A DNA stretch of 64,000 bases, taken from NCBI GenBank assembly GCA_021792955.1, contig JAJYTP010000003.1, positions 18,037 through 82,036 of the forward strand, written 5' to 3'. Below, in pieces: positions 57,847-64,000 of this stretch (the stretch's first letter is position 1; each line of letters starts with the position of its first letter). The notes beneath the pieces were generated by a model. That model did not search any database and was not told the origin of the DNA. It saw only the letters and a list, made by a program, of their open reading frames with translations. Position numbers and translations under genes: made by a program. This DNA is from an archaeon (lineage in GTDB: Archaea; Thermoproteota; Nitrososphaeria; Conexivisphaerales; UBA164).

Positions 57847-58731
57847 ATGAAAGTACAGGATGTCAGAAGGCCCGGCCGCGCCCGCGTGATTTTGGGTTCA
57901 CTCCACCTCATCAGGCCGATAAACTGTACAATGATGGGGTTGGCCGTCATCGTGGGGGCCATCCTCGCGAACCCAACCCTGTCGTACTTCTATTCCCTTA
58001 GGATCCCGTTCGGGTTTTTGGCCGGGTTTACGCTGACCGCTGCCGCCATGACTATCAATGACTATCATGACAGGGATATAGATGCTATCAATGAACCAGC
58101 TCGTCCGATCCCGAGTGGCGCTGTGTCGCTCAAAGCCGCTTTATTTTTAACCGGCCTTCTTTCAGTGGTCGGTTTACTCTTCGCCTACCTGACGAATGTC
58201 TTTTGCCTCATAGCTGCTGCACTTGCTTGGGTTGGTATGATGGTGTACTCGACCGTAGGAAAACGGAGCGGGTTGGCTGGAAACTTCCTTGTAAGCGCGT
58301 GCGTGGCCACACCATTTCTGTACGGGAGCCTTGCTGTGGTGAATATGATACAGCCAAACGTACTTCTATTTGCATCTATGGCCTTCTTTTCAAATACTGG
58401 AAGGGAGGTAACAAAGGGCATAGTGGACGTCAAGGGAGATATGAGCAGGAACATAAAGACGCTTGCGGTGCGGCTTGGGGAGCGGAAGGCGGCTATCGGG
58501 GCGGCAGCATTATATGTACTAGCTGTTTGCCTATCTCCTATACCGCTCCTTCTGAACCTAGTTTCTATTTTATTCGTTCCTTTTGTATTAATCACGGATC
58601 TTGGCCTTCTATGGAGCTCTTTCCTCTTGGTCAGAGATCCATCGCGCGAGAGTGCCAGACGAATAAAGAGGATCGTGCTTTACCTATTTCTAATTGGCTT
58701 GCTCGCGTTCGTATTTGGTATGTTTAGATAA
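57847..58731 (+). CDS. UbiA-family prenyltransferase, most likely digeranylgeranylglyceryl phosphate synthase
   Basis: It has LIRPINCTMMG, the first Asp-rich motif NDYHDRDIDAINEPARPIPSG and the second motif REVTKGIVDVKGD...KTLAVRLG. I set the start at ATG 57847 (the track start is 57772). Confidence 0.6.
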   Translation: MKVQDVRRPGRARVILGSLHLIRPINCTMMGLAVIVGAILANPTLSYFYSLRIPFGFLAGFTLTAAAMTINDYHDRDIDAINEPARPIPSGAVSLKAALFLTGLLSVVGLLFAYLTNVFCLIAAALAWVGMMVYSTVGKRSGLAGNFLVSACVATPFLYGSLAVVNMIQPNVLLFASMAFFSNTGREVTKGIVDVKGDMSRNIKTLAVRLGERKAAIGAAALYVLAVCLSPIPLLLNLVSILFVPFVLITDLGLLWSSFLLVRDPSRESARRIKRIVLYLFLIGLLAFVFGMFR

Positions 58732-59146
58732 CGGGCCTCGTCCTCTGCCAAGGGAGACGTCAAACCAGCACTGCCCAGCAGTCCATTTAAATGCCTTCTC
58801 GGATCATTCTTTAGATCTGATGCCTAGTCGAACTCCTATCTTCCATGTTCGGCCTTTATGTCATCGCCACCGGCGAACCTTTTATCGCCTATTCCCTTTA
58901 CCATCTCCAAGCCTGATACCATGCTCCTTCAGGTAATCCATCCGAGTAAGGTTAATCCCATGCCCCTTTTCCAGCACGCTACATTTGATATTTCCGAAAA
59001 TTTAACCAGTATCATAAGAATAGTTAGTTTTCTATCGTAGGACCCGGTTAGATAATTATCTTTTCATTATCAATTCAGATAGGATAACCCCGGGGTCTAT
59101 TTCTGGTAATAGGTGCTATTCGAAAATCCTTTCTATCTATATGTAA

Positions 59147-59322
59147 TTACTGGTAACATTATAATTTACTCATTATTATCTATAAGTAGCAATGATTATG
59201 CCGTATAAAGCCAGGCAAGAATTTCAGGCCCTTTGATACAATTATAGGGATTGTGAGGTTTATTGAATCATATTTTTAGGTATGGTTATCAAAAATATAT
59301 GAATAAATTATATCATTGTCAA
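59147..59322 (+). repeat. MITE-like intergenic repeat, copy B (about 176 bp), same orientation as copy A
   Basis: The first 84 nt align ungapped to copy A at 64/84 by hand. The shared blocks are ATACAATTATA and the 18-nt identical TCAAAAATATATGAATAA. Copy B lacks two short segments present in A, and its right end is degenerate. Confidence 0.6.
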
Positions 59323-59388
59323 AAAGGCCGTAGCTTAATGAATAAATACAATTATAAGCATAAAATGCCAAGGCCAGAGCGATGGCTA

Positions 59389-59946
59389 ATGCTGTACGAA
59401 ATTAGGATTCATGGACGGGGTGGCCAGGGAGCGGTTAGCGCTGGTCGGCTTCTTGGGGAGGCCGCATCGGGAGCTGGATTTTACGTTCAGTCATTTCCGG
59501 AATTCGGAGCAGAAAGGTCTGGGGCGCCGGTCACAGCTTATGCAAGGCTGGCCGATGAGCCAATCGAAACTAGGAGCCCTGTTAACAGGCCCGATTTCAT
59601 CCTTATTATAGATCCATATCTCGCCGTCAATGCGAAATCCGTGATGGGGCTTAAGGAGGAGGGTATGGTGATTTCTAATTCAGACCGGTCACCTGAAAGC
59701 GTTAGGAATTCTCTGGGAGTAAAGGCGGCTCAAAAGGTCGCTTCGGTAAACGCTACTAAAATAGCTGTAGAGGCCATAGGAAGGAATAACCCCAATACCC
59801 CCATACTGGGAGCTTGGGCAGCCGTTTCCAGAGTTATCCCAGTCAGTCTAATAATCGAAGCTGTCAAGAAGTCCTTTCCCGGGAATATGGGAGAAGCAAA
59901 TGCGGAAGCCGTAAGAAGGGGCGCAGCGGAGGTGATCGCCAATTGA
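59389..59946 (+). CDS. 2-oxoacid:ferredoxin oxidoreductase, gamma subunit (POR/VOR-type four-subunit enzyme)
   Basis: It has MLYEIRIHGRGGQGAVSAGRLLGEA. The track start 59263 lies inside repeat copy B, so I use ATG 59389 (ATG 59365 is the alternative). Confidence 0.8.
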   Translation: MLYEIRIHGRGGQGAVSAGRLLGEAASGAGFYVQSFPEFGAERSGAPVTAYARLADEPIETRSPVNRPDFILIIDPYLAVNAKSVMGLKEEGMVISNSDRSPESVRNSLGVKAAQKVASVNATKIAVEAIGRNNPNTPILGAWAAVSRVIPVSLIIEAVKKSFPGNMGEANAEAVRRGAAEVIAN

Positions 59947-60275
59947 GCGATCCACGCGTTAGGCCCGTCGGGCCATATCCGATAAGCCAGGGCGGATGGC
60001 ATGAAGGTGGTTCAAGCAAGGCATACGTAACCAATGACTGGAGGCTGGAGAAGCCCGTAGTTGACCTTGAAAAGTGCGTCGGTTGTCTGTACTGCTGGGT
60101 ATACTGCCCGGAACCGGCTATAGATCTGCTTGACAGGGCGGGGAAAGGTCCCAGCAAGGTGAGAATAGATTACGATCATTGTAAGGGGTGTGGAATTTGC
60201 CAACAGGTCTGCCCGCCGAAGGCAATAAAAATGGTCCCCGAAGAGGAGGAGGTAGCTAACAATGGCTCAATTTGA
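59943..60275 (+). CDS. 2-oxoacid:ferredoxin oxidoreductase, delta (ferredoxin-like) subunit
   Basis: It has CVGCLYCWVYCP and CKGCGICQQVCP. There is no in-frame ATG after the gamma stop. TTG 59943 forms a TTGA overlap with it. Confidence 0.75.
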   Translation: MSDPRVRPVGPYPISQGGWHEGGSSKAYVTNDWRLEKPVVDLEKCVGCLYCWVYCPEPAIDLLDRAGKGPSKVRIDYDHCKGCGICQQVCPPKAIKMVPEEEEVANNGSI

Positions 60276-61440
60276 ATCGGTGCAGACTAGGAAGTCGCTC
60301 CTAACTGGCGACGAAGCTGTGGCTCATGCTGTGAGGCAGTCCAACGTTGATCTGGTAGCGGCATACCCAATCACGCCTCAGACCATTATTGTAGAAAGGA
60401 TAGCTGATTTCGCTGCAAGCGGGGCCTTCACCGGCCAATTCGTTCCGGTTGAGTCGGAGCATAGCGCTATGAGCGCATGTATAGGCGGAGCGCTAGCCGG
60501 CGCAAGGGCCTTTACAGCCACAGCCAGCCAAGGGCTCGCCCTGATGCACGAAATGCTCTATGCTGCAAGCGGCCTTAGGCTGCCGATATCTATGGCCATT
60601 GCGAACAGGGCGCTCAATTCCCCCCTTAACATACACAACGATCATACGGACGTTATGGGTTCTATTGATAGTGGATGGATACAGCTTTTTGCTGAAAACG
60701 CTGAAGAGGCCTACGATCGCGTGATCCAGTCCTTCCGCATAGCAGAGGCGGTCAACCTCCCCGTAGCGGTAAATCTGGACGGATTCACTTTGACTCATTC
60801 AACCGAGCCGGTTGAAATGCTCAGTGATGAGGCTGTGAGAGGCTTTGTAGGGAGGCCGCCAAAAAGGGATTCGCTTATGGATGAGGCTCCAAAGAGCTTT
60901 GGGCTAATGTCATTGCCGGATTCCTACCAGTTCTTCAAGGAGGATCAATCTAGGGCTACCACAGGATCAGGCGTTACCATTTCACAGGTGGAAGGCGAAT
61001 ACGTTAAACTATCCGGGAGGGACCATGGGGCATTGAAGATCTTTGGATCCGGCTCAAAGGTTATGATGGTGATGCTGGGCAGCTATGCCGGCACTGCAAG
61101 GACGACGGCAAGGCAGATGAAAAATGGTGGGGAGCAGGTAGGTGTAATCAGCCTCGGATGGCTCAGGCCCTTCCCTGAGAGACAATTCCTTGACGCGTTG
61201 GAAGGTGTGGAGACCTTAATGATAATGGACAGATCGGTTAGCTATGGTGCACCGGCTGGGCCCTTGGCCTCTGACGTGATGTCGCTTCTCTACCGGTATG
61301 GGATTAAGAGGAAGGTGATAGCCGTTACCTATGGCCTTGGGGGCAGAGGGTTCCTAGAGGAGGACGCGATGAGGCTCTTCAGATACGCAGAGAAGTCAGG
61401 ACCATCATTTGAGAGCTTTTTCTTCTATGGAGGGGAATAG
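60262..61440 (+). CDS. 2-oxoacid:ferredoxin oxidoreductase, alpha subunit
   Basis: 392 aa. It has LLTGDEAVAHAVRQSNVDLVAAYPITPQT and SEHSAMSACIGGALAGARAFTATASQGL. Confidence 0.85.
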   Translation: MAQFESVQTRKSLLTGDEAVAHAVRQSNVDLVAAYPITPQTIIVERIADFAASGAFTGQFVPVESEHSAMSACIGGALAGARAFTATASQGLALMHEMLYAASGLRLPISMAIANRALNSPLNIHNDHTDVMGSIDSGWIQLFAENAEEAYDRVIQSFRIAEAVNLPVAVNLDGFTLTHSTEPVEMLSDEAVRGFVGRPPKRDSLMDEAPKSFGLMSLPDSYQFFKEDQSRATTGSGVTISQVEGEYVKLSGRDHGALKIFGSGSKVMMVMLGSYAGTARTTARQMKNGGEQVGVISLGWLRPFPERQFLDALEGVETLMIMDRSVSYGAPAGPLASDVMSLLYRYGIKRKVIAVTYGLGGRGFLEEDAMRLFRYAEKSGPSFESFFFYGGE

Positions 61441-62392
61441 TAAATTGAGCCAGTTCCAACCGGTAAAGAGCATCTTTGAAATAAATAGGGAGGAAAGGAT
61501 GGCCCCTGGTCACAGGGCGTGCGCAGGGTGCGGTCCGATGATAGCTGTGAGGCAGATACTCCAGTCTTTGGATGTGAAACCGGTGGTGATAAGCGCTACG
61601 GGATGCGTCGAAGTCACGACTAGTACTTACCCGGACAGCGCTTGGCTAGTCCCTTGGGCGCACGTAGCATTCGAGAACTCGGCGGCCGTAGCCTCAGGGG
61701 TGGAGGCTGCAATGCATGCCCTAAAGGTGAGGGGGGAGCTGAAAGAGGAAAGGCCGGTGATCGCGCTGGCCGGCGATGGAGGAACCTTTGATATAGGTCT
61801 GCAGGCGCTCTCCGGTGCTCTAGAAAGAGGACATAGGATGTTGTACGTCTGTTATGACAATGAAGCTTATATGAATACGGGGATTCAGAGGAGCAGTGCT
61901 ACTCCCTTTGGGGCATGGACCACTACAAGTCCAGTAGGTAAGGAATGGCCCGGCAAGGCGGAAATAAAAAAGGATATAATGGGCATTGTAGTCGCGCATG
62001 GGACCCCCTACGCGGCCACTGCATCTATATCACATTGGAAGGACCTGATGACCAAGGTCAGGAAGGCCGTCAGCCAGAATGGGCCCACTTTCCTCCATGT
62101 TTACGCCCCTTGTAACAGGGGCTGGAGGTTCGAGCCAAAGGATACGGTCGAGGTGGCAAAGAGGGCTGTTGAAACAAGATTCTTCCCGCTTTACGAGGTG
62201 GAGAACGGGAGGTACAGGATCACGGTGCCGGTCGCGAAGCCAAGGCCGCTTGAGGACTTCCTTTCATTGCAGGGACGGTTCTCTCATCTTCTTAAGCCAG
62301 AAAATTCAGAAACTCTAAAAGAACTGAAGAGCATTGTAGAGGAACGCTGGTCAAAAATAAACGCGGCCGCTTCGGTACAGGCGCAGGTGTGA
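61427..62392 (+). CDS. 2-oxoacid:ferredoxin oxidoreductase, beta (TPP-binding) subunit
   Basis: It has PGHRACAGCG and GDGGTFDIGLQALSGA...YDNEAYMNTG. The start is uncertain (ATG 61409 or 61427). Confidence 0.85.
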   Translation: MEGNSKLSQFQPVKSIFEINREERMAPGHRACAGCGPMIAVRQILQSLDVKPVVISATGCVEVTTSTYPDSAWLVPWAHVAFENSAAVASGVEAAMHALKVRGELKEERPVIALAGDGGTFDIGLQALSGALERGHRMLYVCYDNEAYMNTGIQRSSATPFGAWTTTSPVGKEWPGKAEIKKDIMGIVVAHGTPYAATASISHWKDLMTKVRKAVSQNGPTFLHVYAPCNRGWRFEPKDTVEVAKRAVETRFFPLYEVENGRYRITVPVAKPRPLEDFLSLQGRFSHLLKPENSETLKELKSIVEERWSKINAAASVQAQV

Positions 62393-62451
62393 CGGACTTA
62401 TAACGGTGGTAACTGTAACGGCGACGGAGTTACCATCACTTTTTGCTTGGT

Positions 62452-62790
62452 CTAAAAGGATATCACCGTATAACCAGAGTTCACATAAAACGCTATCCTT
62501 TCGCCAGCGTGGCCTAACACTACCCCCTTATTCTTCAACTTTTCTTCAACATTATAACGCTGTGCTTCAGCTATACATGCTGAGTCTATGGCTCCGGCTT
62601 TGAAAAGCGATTCAAAATTCTGAAGATCCTCGTCCTTGAGCTCCCCTATCAGCTCCTCGCTCGGCCCGAAGAAGACGATCTTCAGGTCATCATATCTCTT
62701 CGCTGCAACGGACCTGGCGGCTGCCCTTAAGCCTATACGGAATTTTTCCGGACTTTCCTTTCCGCTCAACAGAAGAAATAGCGCCTTCAT
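62452..62790 (-). CDS. DsrE/DsrF-like family protein
   Basis: 112 aa with an MKALFLLLSG start. The small alpha/beta layout and length are typical of DsrE-like proteins. The assignment is weak. Confidence 0.4.
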   Translation of the reverse strand: MKALFLLLSGKESPEKFRIGLRAAARSVAAKRYDDLKIVFFGPSEELIGELKDEDLQNFESLFKAGAIDSACIAEAQRYNVEEKLKNKGVVLGHAGERIAFYVNSGYTVISF

Positions 62791-62992
62791 AAAATTTATT
62801 GAATGGATGAATTAATAAGCGTTATTGTTGCTTTAAGTGAAGGTGACACATCCGCCGGGCTTAATAGTGTAATCACTTTAAATCAAAATAGTGGATTTTT
62901 TGTTCATTAAGAGACCTGTGATAATATAATTAAAAATGTTTAAAGGAAAAATGATTAAAACGTTATATGATTATCGGCAAATTTGCACTTCC

Positions 62993-63042
62993 ATAAGCAT
63001 TATGCTTATATAATGTATATATTAAAAAGCATTATGCTTATA
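62993..63042 (+). promoter_or_regulatory. Candidate promoter/operator: duplicated palindrome AAGCAT-T-ATGCTT flanking a TATA-like box, with the second copy covering the etfB-like start codon
   Basis: ATAAGCATTATGCTTAT lies at 62993-63009 (8+1+8 palindrome). AAGCATTATGCTTATA is repeated exactly at 62995-63010 and 63027-63042. TTATATAATGTATATATTAAAAA lies between the copies. The ATG at 63034 is inside copy 2. Confidence 0.5.
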
Positions 63043-64000
63043 ATAACCCTCTTGAAAGGCGTTCCTTCAAAAACCACACAGAGCGCATCCCTCACCGGGA
63101 TCCTGAATAGGGAGTCAATGGAAATCGTACTGAACCCTCATGACCTAAAGGCCGTCGAAGCGGCGGATTACATAAAGAGAAGGGTGGGCGGTAAGACAAT
63201 AGCGCTAACTATGGGCCCTGAGGGAAAGCTTTCCCCTATAGTTAGGAGCCTGTATACTGCCGAAGTTTATGGTGTTGATGAGTCGATCATACTCAGCGAC
63301 AGGAAGATGGCTGGCGCAGATACGCTTGCCACCGCATATGCGGTGGCCAATGGGGTCAAGACCGCCGTTGAAAGGCACTTGAACGCTGTAGATGAAATCC
63401 TGAATACAGTTGACAGTGGAAAGGATGCGCTATTGGCCAAGGCCGATGAACTTTACAAGCAGAACCTGCTGCCGAATTCGATCTATTCTAACCTGCCTGC
63501 TGTGAAGGATTCTATCGTGAACAGGCTTGTCAATGGAGAGCTTCAGTCCGATGCTGCAAAGGGGTTGCTGGAGGCTATCAAGCTCGAACTCGGGCGCTTT
63601 ATAGTTGTAGCTGGCATCAAAACAACCGATGGAGAGACAGGCAGCGTCGGGCCACAGGTAGCTGAAGGCCTTTCCGAGCTGTATGGAAGGGTTCTGCCTC
63701 ATGCTACATATGTAGAGCATTTTGAAATTGAAGCTGACCTGGAACACCTTGTTGCGGACAGGGTCCTCGGACAGGTCTCCCAGAGGCTGAGGATGGCCAT
63801 ACCCTGTCTGCTCACCATATCTGATGAATATGAGCCGGCACTGCCGAATCCATTAGAACAGTATCTGGTAAGAAGAAATAACTATATGGGCAAGACCTCT
63901 GCCCCCATCGTGTGGACGGCTAACGATATACATGCCGACCCGTTAAGGTTGGGGCTTGGAGGGTCGCCCACAATAGTGGGCCCCGGTATCGATGTAGGAA
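63034..64000 (+). CDS. Electron transfer flavoprotein beta-subunit (FixA/EtfB)-like protein with internal insertion; 3' end runs off the window
   Basis: The frame is open from ATG 63034 to the window end, so it is absent from the ORF track. My translation reads MLIITLLKGVPSKTT...VLNPHDLKAVEAA...LSDRKMAGADTLATAYAVA...VVAGIKTTDGETGSVGPQVAEGL...GLGGSPTIV. The listed antisense ORF 63430-63747 is a shadow. Confidence 0.7.
   Translation, partial: MLIITLLKGVPSKTTQSASLTGILNRESMEIVLNPHDLKAVEAADYIKRRVGGKTIALTMGPEGKLSPIVRSLYTAEVYGVDESIILSDRKMAGADTLATAYAVANGVKTAVERHLNAVDEILNTVDSGKDALLAKADELYKQNLLPNSIYSNLPAVKDSIVNRLVNGELQSDAAKGLLEAIKLELGRFIVVAGIKTTDGETGSVGPQVAEGLSELYGRVLPHATYVEHFEIEADLEHLVADRVLGQVSQRLRMAIPCLLTISDEYEPALPNPLEQYLVRRNNYMGKTSAPIVWTANDIHADPLRLGLGGSPTIVGPGIDVG

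Noticed and set aside
58882-58977. A minus-strand 31-codon fragment (VLEKGHGINLTRMDYLKEHGIRLGDGKGNRR) that reads like part of a real protein.
   Set aside because: A stop lies immediately upstream and no family was recognised. It may be a gene remnant, but I cannot support that.

Overview
This is a densely packed archaeal chromosomal segment. GC looks mid to high 40s percent by eye; I did not compute it. The gene content points to a Thermoplasmata-like euryarchaeon: GatD/GatE, ABCE1, Spt5, Elp3, Pth2, TruD, archaeal-type TIM, a DGGGP-synthase-type UbiA, an 11-gene nuoABCDHIJKMLN cluster without nuoEFG, and a four-subunit 2-oxoacid:ferredoxin oxidoreductase. I can support about 65 protein genes and one tRNA-Val(GAC). 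Many genes are coupled by ATGA/GTGA/TTGA start-stop overlaps. I saw no rRNA, CRISPR array, transposase or integrase. Most of the window is housekeeping.

The observations most worth a second look are:
- A SecE-like C-terminus read in frame with a 260-aa secreted repeat domain, directly upstream of spt5 (42129-43091).
- A three-gene module of helical protein, COG4260-type SPFH protein with a glycine zipper and three Zn-ribbons, and a double-Zn-ribbon protein (2517-5275).
- An encapsulated-ferritin-like gene with no targeting peptide and no encapsulin gene nearby, sitting beside a stomatin/NfeD pair (7672-10369).
- Two paralogous 4-TM proteins coupled to a membrane-anchored, possibly eqolisin (G1)-like protein (44145-46209).
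- A lower-GC accessory stretch (about 52.6-59.4 kb) with a pilin-signal LamG/DUF2341-like giant protein, a processive-type GT2, three unusually long spacers and a pair of about 200-bp MITE-like repeats.
- A duplicated palindrome bracketing the TATA box and start codon of an ETF-beta-like gene that also carries a roughly 75-aa insertion.

All functional calls rest on motif recognition in the supplied translations and my own reading of the DNA. No searches were run.
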